A stretch of 64,000 nucleotides of DNA from Methylophagaceae bacterium (GCA_965199725.1 OZ241321.1:1433359-1497358); one strand, 5' to 3'; shown: positions 1-10,245, counted from the first letter of the stretch. Notes: generated by a model not told the origin, from the sequence alone. Translations and numbers: made by a program.

Positions 1-97
1 TAATTTAGGTCATGGTATTCATCCAACGATTGTGCCAGAAAAAATGGCACGAATGATTAAATTTGTACATAAACTTAGTGCACAATATCATCAGTAG
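1..97 (+). CDS. hemE: uroporphyrinogen decarboxylase, C-terminal end (gene starts left of the window)
   Basis: Frame 2 reads ...NLGHGIHPTIVPEKMARMIKFVHKLSAQYHQ* with TAG at 95-97. The NLGHGI motif and tail resemble HemE C-termini (from memory, not searched). Confidence 0.5.
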   Translation, partial: NLGHGIHPTIVPEKMARMIKFVHKLSAQYHQ

Positions 98-130
98 AAT
101 ACATATTGCCAGCAAGTAGGCCGCAAGAAA

Positions 131-766
131 TCAACGGCGTAAGTTCACCATAAAAGGTGAAGGATCACCTGTACCTGAGCGTGCGACATTTGGCACACCA
201 TCAACAAACTCAACGACAGTAGTTGGTTCAGCACCACAGAAACCACCATCAATCACCAAATCAACCTGCTTGCCAATGCGGCGGCTAATAGTATCAGCAT
301 CAGTCAGTGGCATATCATCAAAAGGCATGATAAGCGTACTACTCATAAGCGGTTCATCAAGCTTTTTCAGCAGGTTAAGCGCAATATTATTATCAGGAAT
401 ACGCAGACCAATCGTCTTGCGTTTGGCATGTTGCAGGCGGCGTGGCACTTCTTTGGTCGCAGGCAGAATAAAAGTATATGGACCCGGGGTATGCGCTTTT
501 ATTGCCCGATATACACTATTATTTATTCTGGCATAGATTGATATTTCTGATAAATCTAGACATACCAAAGTGAAGTTGTGCTTGGTATCAAGTTGGCGAA
601 TATAGCGAATTTTATCTATTGCTGTTTTGTCGCCCAAGCGACAGCCCAAAGCATAGCCAGAATCAGTAGGATAGACTATGAGCCCACCACCATTAATTAT
701 CCTACACGCTTGATTAATGAGTCGTTGTTGTGGGTTATCAGGATGAATATGAAATAGTTGGCTCAT
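131..766 (-). CDS. yciO: YciO protein (YrdC/Sua5-fold, threonylcarbamoyl-AMP synthase family)
   Basis: 211-aa ORF. MSQLFHIHPDNPQQRLINQA, YPTDSGYALGC and HNFTLVC closely track E. coli YciO as recalled. Confidence 0.85.
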   Translation of the reverse strand: MSQLFHIHPDNPQQRLINQACRIINGGGLIVYPTDSGYALGCRLGDKTAIDKIRYIRQLDTKHNFTLVCLDLSEISIYARINNSVYRAIKAHTPGPYTFILPATKEVPRRLQHAKRKTIGLRIPDNNIALNLLKKLDEPLMSSTLIMPFDDMPLTDADTISRRIGKQVDLVIDGGFCGAEPTTVVEFVDGVPNVARSGTGDPSPFMVNLRR

Positions 767-1061
767 ATTGATTCACCATTTTGCTGATGTGGTTTAACTT
801 TACTGCATAACAACATTGCTCTCTTATCCATTTCAATAGATCATGTATGCATCTTGATTGATTAAAATGTAAAACCTATTGCATAGTATAGTACGGCTTG
901 GGCTATCTATCTAGCCATCAAAGACCTACCTTAACAGCCCCTAGTTATACATTTTGTGCTGTTTCGTGAAAGTTGTTTATGTAAAGTAAAATTTATCAGG
1001 TATATTGATTTATTTTACGTTAGAATAACTGTTTTTTGTATAATGCGTTCAATGAAATGAT

Positions 1062-1655
1062 ATGAAACTATTTTTTGAGTTTCTGCCTGTTATTTTTTTC
1101 TTTATTGCCTACAAGTTTGGTGGCGGCATCTACCATTTCAATGGTCAGCAATACGATATTGAAGGTATTTATGTAGCAACGGCCGTCATTATTATTGCTT
1201 CAATATTACAATTGACTCTCACCTGGATTTTTACCAGACGTGTTGAAAAAATCCATTTAGTTACCCTGGTGTTAATACTGATTCTAGGTGGTGCAACATT
1301 GTGGCTGCAGAATCCTGACTTTATCAAATGGAAGCCGACCGTTGTCAACTGGTTATTTGCGTTTGTATTTATTGTTGTACATGCTTTTACCAGCAAGTCG
1401 TTACCTGAGCGCCTAATGGGTGAGCATGCGCAATTACCTGATTTTGCTTGGCTACGATTAAATATCGCCTGGGTATTATTTTTTATTGGCTCGGGCATAG
1501 CTAATCTTTATGTAGCTTTTAATTTTTCTGAATCAGCATGGGTGAATTTCAAATTATTTGGCCTGCTTGGTCTGACGGTAGTATTTATTGTTGGTCAGGC
1601 AATTTATCTGGTCAGGTATGCTATGGTAAAATCCAGCAAGGATGAAGGCGCTTAG
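1062..1655 (+). CDS. yciB: intracellular septation protein A / inner-membrane protein YciB
   Basis: 197-aa polytopic ORF with N-terminus MKLFFEFLPVIFFFIAYKF typical of YciB/IspZ. Divergent from yciO and followed by a yciI-like gene, as in enterics. Confidence 0.85.
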   Translation: MKLFFEFLPVIFFFIAYKFGGGIYHFNGQQYDIEGIYVATAVIIIASILQLTLTWIFTRRVEKIHLVTLVLILILGGATLWLQNPDFIKWKPTVVNWLFAFVFIVVHAFTSKSLPERLMGEHAQLPDFAWLRLNIAWVLFFIGSGIANLYVAFNFSESAWVNFKLFGLLGLTVVFIVGQAIYLVRYAMVKSSKDEGA

Positions 1656-1661
1656 AAGTCT

Positions 1662-1961
1662 ATGCTATATGCTATTATTAGTGAAGACGTACAAGCTAGC
1701 CTTGGTCTGCGTATGAAGGTTAGAGAACACCATCTTGCCCGTCTGAACGAATTGCAGCGGCAGGGGCGTTTGCTATTAGCTGGTCCTCACCCTGCTATTG
1801 ACGGTGTAAACCCTGGTAAAGCTGGGTTTACTGGTAGTCTAGTGGTGGCTGAATTCAGTGATTTAGAGCAAGCACAAATGTGGGCAGATACCGATCCTTA
1901 TTTTATCTCAGGGGTGTATGAAAGGGTGGTTGTCAAACCGTTTAAGCAGGTACTACCATGA
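1662..1961 (+). CDS. YciI-family protein
   Basis: 99-aa ORF of the size and synteny expected directly after yciB. HLARL...LLLAGP pattern of the YciI family. Confidence 0.75.
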   Translation: MLYAIISEDVQASLGLRMKVREHHLARLNELQRQGRLLLAGPHPAIDGVNPGKAGFTGSLVVAEFSDLEQAQMWADTDPYFISGVYERVVVKPFKQVLP

Positions 1962-2233
1962 CTGATAAGGTAATAAGCAGGCTGGAAGAAGCATTGGCGT
2001 GCCTTAAGCCGATTTCTCTGGTTATTCGCGATGACAGCGAGATGCATGCAGGTCATGCAGGCAATAGTGGCGGCGGACACTATACCATTACCATTATTAG
2101 CAAACAGTTTGCCGGTTTGCCGCTTATTAAGCGCCATCGTCTGGTTTATGGTGCGGCCAAATCAATGATGACCACTGATATTCATGCGCTGAGTATTGAC
2201 GCCAAAACGCCGGATGAAATCCGATTAGGTTGA
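1958..2233 (+). CDS. BolA-family protein
   Basis: 91-aa ORF overlapping the previous stop by 4 nt. [11 protein letters not shown]...[10 protein letters not shown]...IKRHRLVY is the BolA signature. Confidence 0.75.
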   Translation: MTDKVISRLEEALACLKPISLVIRDDSEMHAGHAGNSGGGHYTITIISKQFAGLPLIKRHRLVYGAAKSMMTTDIHALSIDAKTPDEIRLG

Positions 2234-2318
2234 GTAGCTTTAGGCATTGAATGAAAATATGGTCACTGGAATGAAAAGACTATAAGAATGCCTAATTAAT
2301 GATCTTGTTATAACTTAA

Positions 2319-3857
2319 CTAATCGTTTATTGAGTAAATATCTAGATTATCTGTATCCTGTATTTTCAGCTTAAATGTAATGACCTTTAAGTAGTTGGTT
2401 TCTTGCATCAGGTCTGCCTTTGTCAGCGGATGATCCTTTAGCCAGCCTTTCGGCAGTATTAGTGTTGCCCCTTTTTCTGCTGGCACTAATGTTACCAGCG
2501 TATCTGTTTTTTCACTACGGCCACGGTTAAATACCATTACTAGACGTAAAATAATCGTTAATTTCTGCACTTTTGCCTGTAACTCATCTGGCAGATTCTT
2601 GATGTGTTTTTTAGGAAATTTTCGGCGCTGTCCACGGACAATCGTTGCCAACACCTGCTGTTCCTGTCGCGAAAAACCAAGCAAATCTGCGTGATTAATC
2701 AGGTAAGCTGAATGTTTGTGAAATTCATTATGAGAAATAATCAGACCCACTTCATGCAGTTTTGCTGCCCAGCATAAGCAGCTTAAGTCTCGTTCAGTAT
2801 CTAATTGCCATGTTTTTGCAACCTGGTTAAATAACCGCGCGCTCATTGTGGTCACCCGTGTGGCATGGACATCATCAACATGATAGCGTTTTGCCATTGA
2901 TAGCACGGTTCTGTCGCGCTCGTCTTCATGACGAAGTCGACCCAATAAATCATACAGCAGGCCCTCGCGCAAAGCGCAGTCTGATACAACCATCTGCTTA
3001 ATGTTTAAGCGGGTAAATGCTGCCTGCAAAATTGCTACACCAGCTGGCAGCATTGGTCGGCGATCGCTACCGAGTCCAGCTAACTTTAATTTATCAGTAT
3101 GACCAGCGGCAATCATTGCACCGGTTACTTTTTTAAGTGCTGAAAGCGTAATCATGCCCTCATTTGACCAGCGATTTTCTTTGGCAATATTGGCAATACA
3201 GCGAACAGTACCTGATGTACCAACGACCTCATACCAGCCTATTTTTTTGTAGGGACGCTGAATAGAACGCAGTCTTGATTCGGCGGCAAGAATGGCAGTA
3301 TTGATATGAGATTCATTTAAGTTACCATCAGCAAAAAACTGCTGTGAAAAACTTACACAACCCATTTCTAGGCTTTCACGATACAAGCTAGTAAACCTTT
3401 CACCAATGATAAACTCAGTGCTGCCGCCACCAATATCCATTACTAATCGTTTAGAATCATCAAATGCTAGGCCGTGAGCAACACCAAGATAAATCAGCCG
3501 TGCTTCTTCTTCACCTGCGATGATTTCAATCGGAAGGCCCAGAGCGATTCGTGCTTTTCGCAGAAATGATTGACTGTTTTTAGCCAAGCGTAGGGTATTG
3601 GTGCCGACGACGCGCACATTTTCTGAGGGCAGTTTTTTGATGCGGTCACCGAAGCGTCTAAGGCACATAGTTGCCCTTATTTGCGCTTCTTTTGTTAGTA
3701 GATTATGCTTATTCAGGCCAGCGCGCAACTGTATCATTTCACGCAGGCGATCAATGATTTGAAAATGACCATCGTGCAAACGGGCAATAATCATGTGGAA
3801 ACTGTTGGAGCCTAAATCAATGGCAGCCAAGGTGGTCTGTTCAGATTCTATCATCAT
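2319..3857 (-). CDS. ppx: exopolyphosphatase (Ppx/GppA family)
   Basis: 512 aa. AAIDLGSNSFHMIIAR N-terminal ASKHA motif, DIGGGSTEF, and a C-terminal HD-like region. Confidence 0.85.
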   Translation of the reverse strand: MMIESEQTTLAAIDLGSNSFHMIIARLHDGHFQIIDRLREMIQLRAGLNKHNLLTKEAQIRATMCLRRFGDRIKKLPSENVRVVGTNTLRLAKNSQSFLRKARIALGLPIEIIAGEEEARLIYLGVAHGLAFDDSKRLVMDIGGGSTEFIIGERFTSLYRESLEMGCVSFSQQFFADGNLNESHINTAILAAESRLRSIQRPYKKIGWYEVVGTSGTVRCIANIAKENRWSNEGMITLSALKKVTGAMIAAGHTDKLKLAGLGSDRRPMLPAGVAILQAAFTRLNIKQMVVSDCALREGLLYDLLGRLRHEDERDRTVLSMAKRYHVDDVHATRVTTMSARLFNQVAKTWQLDTERDLSCLCWAAKLHEVGLIISHNEFHKHSAYLINHADLLGFSRQEQQVLATIVRGQRRKFPKKHIKNLPDELQAKVQKLTIILRLVMVFNRGRSEKTDTLVTLVPAEKGATLILPKGWLKDHPLTKADLMQETNYLKVITFKLKIQDTDNLDIYSIND

Positions 3858-3914
3858 GTCAACAAACCTTGCATTAACTACATTTACTGTTGCTGTGATA
3901 GCAAAATATAGTTA

Positions 3915-5039
3915 TCAATAAAATGTCACTTTGCCAGAGGGCACAGTTTTCATCCATATGCGCCAGTTGGTATTCAGTTTGTCTATACCGCCATCGTAGT
4001 GCTCGTTAATAAAATCTACCGCATCAAAACTAGCAAACGGCTGGCAATAATTTACTGCCAAACGATCAAGCATATATCTTAATAATTCCCGTCCCTGTGG
4101 TTGAGTCATTAAGTAAAATATCAATGACCAGTCAATGGCATAGTTTAAGCTGATGTTATTCGGGTGCTGCCATTCTTTAACTGTTTGCTTAAGGTGATCT
4201 GTCAGTGGCGGTAAATGGCTGTAACGTAATAGTTGTAGATGCTCATCATTAGTGGAAAATATATAGGTCTGCTGACCATTAATAGACATGTTTTCAAAAA
4301 ACTCGGCCAGACCTTCAGATAACCAGATAGGTACGTCACCAAACATATTGCTTAATATAGCGTGGGTAGATTCGTGCAGGGTTACACGGATCATCTCGTG
4401 TTCATTTTCATATGCCAATATGGTCGCCTCGTTAAGTTTCGGGCTGTAAAATCCGACTATGTTCTCATTATTGGGCATCACATCGCGACGATATTGTTGG
4501 AAGCCATTTTCATTGCTGATAAATTTCAGCTTTAGTTGTACCTTTCTAAGTTGGGCAACTTTTACAGTGTCACGTAGGGTTTTGTATACTTTAGTCACGC
4601 CAGCCTGAATGTTGTTGCGGAAAAAGGCAGGCAAGGTTGCAAGACGGGTGTCTAAAGATAAGTCAAAAAAGTTATCAAAGAACATTTCTTTAATTTGTAA
4701 GTTTGTGTAGTCTTTTGTTGGCGGTCTGTCACCAATCTTTAGCTGGTTATTGCTGTCACGCCACTGATAAATCCGATAAGTAGTGGGAGTCACCGTGTTT
4801 GACTTACTGCAAAAATCAGGGTTGTGACCAAACAGGCGAGACAAGCTAGGTTCGCCAGAACTATCGAGCTCAGGCGGCAATAATGATTTTGGCAACTTTA
4901 TACCTAATTGCTGTAGCGGGCGAGTGGTCACTTTATACCAGTCATTTAAGTGTGATCGCTGGCGATCGTTGGCAATAAAGCCAAAGAAAAGTGCAAATAC
5001 AATAATGAACAGTAGCAGTATGCGTAATAGTTTTTTCAT
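3915..5039 (-). CDS. membrane-anchored hypothetical protein with a possible peptidase-MA-like (HExxH) domain
   Basis: 374 aa. N-terminal TM helix, a YQWRDSNNQLKIGDRPP stretch (DUF4124-like), and HESTHAIL...SEGLAEFFE resembling DUF1570/peptidase-MA proteins. Function not known. Confidence 0.4.
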   Translation of the reverse strand: MKKLLRILLLFIIVFALFFGFIANDRQRSHLNDWYKVTTRPLQQLGIKLPKSLLPPELDSSGEPSLSRLFGHNPDFCSKSNTVTPTTYRIYQWRDSNNQLKIGDRPPTKDYTNLQIKEMFFDNFFDLSLDTRLATLPAFFRNNIQAGVTKVYKTLRDTVKVAQLRKVQLKLKFISNENGFQQYRRDVMPNNENIVGFYSPKLNEATILAYENEHEMIRVTLHESTHAILSNMFGDVPIWLSEGLAEFFENMSINGQQTYIFSTNDEHLQLLRYSHLPPLTDHLKQTVKEWQHPNNISLNYAIDWSLIFYLMTQPQGRELLRYMLDRLAVNYCQPFASFDAVDFINEHYDGGIDKLNTNWRIWMKTVPSGKVTFY

Positions 5040-5298
5040 GTAACTTATCTGAATGTTTTTACAGTTTTATCAAAAAACACTTGAATCTATATAGTTTCCA
5101 TAACTACTAATTCTAACAGGATTAGCAATGAATGTAATTGTCTTATAGCTAGCTTTAGGTGACAGATTACCAAAATCAGCGTTCATGCATTTTAATTGGC
5201 AAGTAGATAAGAAAACAGGCAATTAAACTTGACTTACAGGTACGAATTTCAGCACAATACGCGGCTGATAAGCGCTTGATGAATTTGAACTTTCTTAG

Positions 5299-6261
5299 AT
5301 GACAGTAACAATTGAGGTTGACAATTTAGCTAAACATTTTGGCGCGATTAAAGCCGTAGATGGCGTATCGTTTATTGCCAATAGAGGCGAAGTGCTTGGC
5401 TTTTTAGGGCCGAACGGTGCTGGCAAGTCAACTACCATGAAAATGATCACCGGCTTTTTAGCCCCAACCTATGGCACGGTAAGGGTGTGTGGGCATGATG
5501 TACTAACTGATCCTATCGCTGTTAAGGCAAGTTTGGGTTATTTACCAGAAGGGGCATCAGCTTATGCTGATATGACCCCTGACAATTTTCTTAAGTTTAT
5601 TGCTGATATTCGCGGCTTGTCTGGCAAAGCCAAACAACGCGCTGTTGATATAGCTGCTGAACGTGCGCGGATTATGCACGTTTGTTATCAGCCAATTGAT
5701 ACCTTATCAAAAGGCTACAAGCGTCGGGTAGGTCTGGCACAAGCTATTTTGCACGATCCGCCAGTCTTAATTATGGACGAGCCAACCGATGGTCTGGACC
5801 CTAACCAAAAACATGAAGTGCACACACTGATTAGTGAGATGGCGCAGGATAAGACGATTATTATCTCAACCCATATTCTGGAAGAAGTCCATGCCTTATG
5901 TCAGCGCAACGTGCTGATTGCAGAGGGTAAGATACAGTTTGATGGTGCTTCATACGAACTTGAAGCGATGTCACGCTATCATAATGCGGTATGTGTAGTA
6001 GTGGCTGATACCCAAGATGAGATGGCGTCATCATTTATCAAGACACTTGATTTTGTTGCTGACGTAGATGTAATGACCACTAGGCGAGGTTTGCGGGTAT
6101 ACCCACACGATAAAAAGCAGATAACTTTAGCGTTATCTCAGGCAATCCGTGATCGTGGCTGGCAGATTGATTCGCTATATGCTGAACAGGGACGTTTAGA
6201 TGAAGCGTTTCGGGCTATCACCATAACAAACTTAAATGGATTGTCCGATGAAGATGATTAA
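5299..6261 (+). CDS. ABC transporter ATP-binding protein (GldA-like)
   Basis: 320 aa. Walker A GPNGAGKSTT, LSKGYKRRVGLAQA signature, Walker B LIMDEPTDGLD. Confidence 0.85.
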   Translation: MTVTIEVDNLAKHFGAIKAVDGVSFIANRGEVLGFLGPNGAGKSTTMKMITGFLAPTYGTVRVCGHDVLTDPIAVKASLGYLPEGASAYADMTPDNFLKFIADIRGLSGKAKQRAVDIAAERARIMHVCYQPIDTLSKGYKRRVGLAQAILHDPPVLIMDEPTDGLDPNQKHEVHTLISEMAQDKTIIISTHILEEVHALCQRNVLIAEGKIQFDGASYELEAMSRYHNAVCVVVADTQDEMASSFIKTLDFVADVDVMTTRRGLRVYPHDKKQITLALSQAIRDRGWQIDSLYAEQGRLDEAFRAITITNLNGLSDEDD

Positions 6262-6988
6262 TATTTGGTTCATTATGAAGCGTGAGCTTGATGGTTATTT
6301 TGCTACGCCTATTGCCTATGTATTTATTATCATATTTTTATTATTGACTGGCTTTACCACCTTCTTTGTTGGTGATTTTTTTACTCGCAGAGAGGCTGAT
6401 CTATACCCATTTTTTTCTCTTCATCCATGGATATACATATTGTTAATTCCAGCTATTTCAATGCGCTTATGGTCAGAAGAGCGCAAAAGCGGCTCCATTG
6501 AGCTATTGATGACTTTGCCGATTTCGGTATTTGAAGCAGTCATTGGCAAGTTTTTGGCAGCATGGGCCTTTACTGGCTTAGCCTTAATGCTGAACTTTCC
6601 ATTGTGGTTGACGGTGAATTACTTAGGCGCACCTGATAACGGCGTTATTTTTACTGGATTTGTTGGTAGTTTTTTGATGGCAGGTGGTTTTTTGGCTATT
6701 GGTGCCTGCCTTTCGGCGCTGACCAAAAATCAGGTGATTGCCTTTGTATTAAGCCTGATTGTCAGTCTGGCTTTTGTATTGAGTGGCTATGGCATTGTGC
6801 TAGACTTTTTTAGTGGTTGGGCGCCTGCCGTATTAATTGAAGCGGTTAGCTCCTTTAGTTTTCTGACTCATTTTGACGCTATTTCTAAAGGGGTGATTGA
6901 TGTGCGTGATATTGCCTATTTTGTATCATTCATTATGTTGTGGTTGTTTGCTAATGCAGTGATTGTGCAGGTGTACAAAGCTGATTAA
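6236..6988 (+). CDS. ABC-2 type transporter permease (GldF-like)
   Basis: Polytopic ORF following the ATPase. The real start is probably an internal Met (6254 or 6275, ...MKRELDGYFATPIAYVF). Confidence 0.8.
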   Translation: MDCPMKMINIWFIMKRELDGYFATPIAYVFIIIFLLLTGFTTFFVGDFFTRREADLYPFFSLHPWIYILLIPAISMRLWSEERKSGSIELLMTLPISVFEAVIGKFLAAWAFTGLALMLNFPLWLTVNYLGAPDNGVIFTGFVGSFLMAGGFLAIGACLSALTKNQVIAFVLSLIVSLAFVLSGYGIVLDFFSGWAPAVLIEAVSSFSFLTHFDAISKGVIDVRDIAYFVSFIMLWLFANAVIVQVYKAD

Positions 6989-7000
6989 AGTGCAGGTTAA

Positions 7001-8911
7001 ATGAATAAACAGTTATTATCAACAACCGGATTAGTACTCGCTGTTATTTTGTTTATTGCGTTTAATGTGGTGGTAAACGGTAATTTTAAATCATTACGTG
7101 TTGATTTAACTGAAGATAATTTATACACCTTATCTCAAGGCTCACTGAATATTATTGCGGCGCTACCCGATATCATTACCTTACAACTTTATTATACTGA
7201 AAAGGTGGCGCAGGAGTTGCCTGGGTTAAAATCATATGGTCAAAGGGTGCAGGAACTCTTGGCAGAATATCAGCGTAGGTCCAATGGTAAAATCAGGGTG
7301 AAAATAATTAACCCTAAGCCTTTTTCTGATGATGAACATCGTGCTAGGCGCTATGGCTTGCAGGCGGTGCCTATTGACGGGAAAGCCCATCCGCTTTATT
7401 TTGGCTTGGCTGGTACCAATTTACTTGATGGCATAGATGTCATTGCTTTTTTTCAGCCAGAAAAGGAAGATGTGCTTGAGCATGACATCACCAAGCTGAT
7501 TTATAAGCTATCCAGCGCAGGCAGAAAATCAGTAGGCATATTGAGTGCATTGGCTATTGATGGTGATAATTACGATCCGATAAAAGGAGGGCTGTCCTCC
7601 TCAGCGGGTGGTAACGCACCCTGGGCGGTCATGGCTGAATTGCGCCAATTGTTTAATGTAACAACATTGCCAAATAATATCCATCGTATCCCATCATCTA
7701 TTGATGTACTCATCATCGTGCATCCTAAGCAGTTTGCCAAAAGTACGCTGTATGCTGTTGATCAATATGTGTTGGGCGGTGGCAAGTTGATTAGCTTTGT
7801 TGATCCTTATGCTGAAAGTGACGTACCAGAAAAAGATACCAATAATCCGATGGCAGCTGTGGTCTATTCCCGTAGCTCTAATATGCCTGATTTATTCAAG
7901 GCATGGGGGTTTGCCCGTGCCAGTGCCGATGTGGTTGCTGATCGTAAAACGGCAATTAAGGTAGATTTTGGTGCCAGAGTCAGTAATAAGCCGATTGATT
8001 ATGTGCTGTGGCAGTCGATTACTGATAATCAATTAAACAAACAACAGGCGGTGACCAGTCAGTTAAAAAGGATAGAAGTGGCGACACCAGGCTATTTTAG
8101 GCAACTTGAAGGGGCGACCACCACTTTAATTCCGTTAATTTCATCCAGCAATGAAGCCATGCTAGTTGATAAGCGTGTGGTGCAATTTCGCAATGATCCG
8201 TTGGCACTTTTGACTAAATATCAGTCAGGTACACTTAAGTATCCTATTGCTGTTCGGGTTACTGGCGTGGCTAAATCGGCTTTTCCTCAAGGGGTAAAAG
8301 ATCAGTTAGCACCCAAACATCTGGCCGAATCCAGTCAGGATATTGATGTGATTGCTATTGCTGATGTTGATATGTTGCAGGATAAATTCTGGGTACAGGT
8401 ACAAGATTTTTATGATCAGCAGATTACTTACAGCACGTCAAACAATGTTGATTTTTTGATCAATGCAATTGATGACATGTCTGGTGAAAAAAGCTTGATC
8501 AGTGTACGTTCTCGTGGCGGATTTTCTAGGCCATTTGATCGGGTTGTTGCCCTAGAGCGGCAGGCAGAAAAGCGTTACCGCACTCAGGAGCGTGCGTTGC
8601 AGAAAACGCTGGATGATGCCAAGCAGCGTATTGCCAGAATGCAGGCCGAGCGCAGCGGTAGCGGTGATAGATTGCTTAATGTTGAGCAGGAAAAGGAAAT
8701 TGCTGAGTTCAGGATAACAATTGATAAAACCACACAGCAATTACGCGAAGTTCAGGGAAATCTACGTAAAGACATTGATGCATTACATACCCAATTAAAA
8801 TTTTTTAATATTGGTCTAGTGCCAATAATAGTTGCATTGCTTGCCGTGTTCACTGGTTGGCTGCGTATTCGCAAGCGCACCAAAGGCCGCAAATTGCCGT
8901 CACGGGCTTAA
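7001..8911 (+). CDS. GldG-family ABC-transporter auxiliary protein
   Basis: 636 aa with an N-terminal and a C-terminal TM helix flanking a large soluble part. Third gene of a GldA/F/G-type operon. Confidence 0.7.
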   Translation: MNKQLLSTTGLVLAVILFIAFNVVVNGNFKSLRVDLTEDNLYTLSQGSLNIIAALPDIITLQLYYTEKVAQELPGLKSYGQRVQELLAEYQRRSNGKIRVKIINPKPFSDDEHRARRYGLQAVPIDGKAHPLYFGLAGTNLLDGIDVIAFFQPEKEDVLEHDITKLIYKLSSAGRKSVGILSALAIDGDNYDPIKGGLSSSAGGNAPWAVMAELRQLFNVTTLPNNIHRIPSSIDVLIIVHPKQFAKSTLYAVDQYVLGGGKLISFVDPYAESDVPEKDTNNPMAAVVYSRSSNMPDLFKAWGFARASADVVADRKTAIKVDFGARVSNKPIDYVLWQSITDNQLNKQQAVTSQLKRIEVATPGYFRQLEGATTTLIPLISSSNEAMLVDKRVVQFRNDPLALLTKYQSGTLKYPIAVRVTGVAKSAFPQGVKDQLAPKHLAESSQDIDVIAIADVDMLQDKFWVQVQDFYDQQITYSTSNNVDFLINAIDDMSGEKSLISVRSRGGFSRPFDRVVALERQAEKRYRTQERALQKTLDDAKQRIARMQAERSGSGDRLLNVEQEKEIAEFRITIDKTTQQLREVQGNLRKDIDALHTQLKFFNIGLVPIIVALLAVFTGWLRIRKRTKGRKLPSRA

Positions 8912-10027
8912 ATGACGATGAAAAAAATAAATAGTTTAACTGTTTTGCTAATGATTACTATGGTGATGGTTGTGCTCATGCTAGTAACTATTCAAAAGCC
9001 TGAGACTGCCGATAAAAATACAGGCTTATTGTTTCCTGATTTATTAGCGCAGTTAAATAAGGTTGATACAGTTTATTTTAAAAGTTCACAGAATGAATTT
9101 ACCTTGATTAAAAAGGGAGAAGACTGGTTTGTTAAGGAGCATTGGGGGTATCCGGCTGACTTTAATCTGGTCAAGCGTACCTTGATTGATATTGCTGAAA
9201 CCAAAGTCTTAGAGCGCAAAACTAGCAACCTTGACCAGTATGCAGTGCTTGGCGTTGAAGGTGCGGCAGAAGGCGGCGCATCACTGCAAATTATTATGGC
9301 AGAAGGTAACGGGCACATAGCCGGCTTGTTACTAGGTAATGAACGCGAGATCAGTCAGCAAATCGGCGTGCGTCAGTTTTATGTGCGCAAAAGTGATTCA
9401 GAGCAGGCGTGGCTGGCAGAAGGGTATCTTAATATCAATCGGGTAATGCTAGGCTGGATTGATAGTAATGTGGTTGATATTGCCCGTGAACGCATTGCCA
9501 AAGTCAATATTACTCAGCCTAACGGTGATACAGCAACGATTATCAATCTCGGACAAAAAGATGCTTTTGGCACGCCTGTTATGCGCGATAAAACTGTCTT
9601 TAAGTATCAGCAGTTAGGCTATGATATTGCTGGTACTGTATTTCAGTTAACACTGGAGAATGTGCAGCCTGTTAATCAGTTTTCTCGTGGTGATGCTGAA
9701 GTGGTCATTGCTGAGTTTATTACCTTTGATGGCCTTAAGATCATCACTAATACCTCATTTAATGATGGCCACTATTATACTACTTTACGCGCTGAAAGTG
9801 ACACATCAATGATGGCTGATGTGCCGCCTGATATTCAAAAATTGGATGTGCTGAAAACACTAGAAGGGGTAGCGCAAGAAATAGTTAGTATCAATCAGAG
9901 GCTAGGTGATTGGGTTTATCAGGTGGGCGGCTTTGTTGGTACTAATATGATGCGTGCTAAAAGTGATATTGTCACCAGCAAAGAGAATACTATTCCTATG
10001 CCGCCTGATCTGACTGGTACCCAATAA
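8912..10027 (+). CDS. DUF4340-like protein (fourth gene of the GldAFG-type operon)
   Basis: 371 aa. Signal-anchor N-terminus, and the start abuts the previous stop. This position is usually occupied by DUF4340 proteins. Confidence 0.55.
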   Translation: MTMKKINSLTVLLMITMVMVVLMLVTIQKPETADKNTGLLFPDLLAQLNKVDTVYFKSSQNEFTLIKKGEDWFVKEHWGYPADFNLVKRTLIDIAETKVLERKTSNLDQYAVLGVEGAAEGGASLQIIMAEGNGHIAGLLLGNEREISQQIGVRQFYVRKSDSEQAWLAEGYLNINRVMLGWIDSNVVDIARERIAKVNITQPNGDTATIINLGQKDAFGTPVMRDKTVFKYQQLGYDIAGTVFQLTLENVQPVNQFSRGDAEVVIAEFITFDGLKIITNTSFNDGHYYTTLRAESDTSMMADVPPDIQKLDVLKTLEGVAQEIVSINQRLGDWVYQVGGFVGTNMMRAKSDIVTSKENTIPMPPDLTGTQ

Positions 10028-10064
10028 GTATAATCATCAACAAAGCTCATTTTAATAATTTTCT

Positions 10065-10232
10065 GTTGTAGTTTCCTCTCTCACCCCGAAAGGGTATAAT
10101 CCATGGCGCTATTTAACATGATTCTTTATGGTTGTAGTTTCCTCTCTCACCCCGAAAGGGTATAATCAAATGCGCACGACCAATGCCAGTGTACTCGTTG
10201 TAGTTTCCTCTCTCACCCCGAAAGGGTATAAT
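10065..10232 (+). CRISPR. CRISPR array with 3 identical 36-nt repeats and 2 spacers of 30 nt (type II-C style)
   Basis: Repeat GTTGTAGTTTCCTCTCTCACCCCGAAAGGGTATAAT at 10065-10100, 10131-10166 and 10197-10232. Spacers at 10101-10130 and 10167-10196. Strand assigned from the GTTGTAG...TATAAT orientation shared with Neisseria-type II-C repeats. Confidence 0.95.
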
Positions 10233-10245
10233 AGGCTCTCATTAA

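Noticed and set aside
5299-10027. The GldAFG/DUF4340 operon as a CRISPR-associated or defence accessory system
   Set aside because: This four-gene ABC arrangement is widespread and conserved independently of CRISPR. It lies on the opposite strand to the cas genes, and adjacency appears incidental.
10101-10196. Self-targeting: a match of either spacer elsewhere in this window
   Set aside because: I saw no match while reading both strands. An exhaustive search by eye is not reliable, so this stays unconfirmed and is not reported as a finding.
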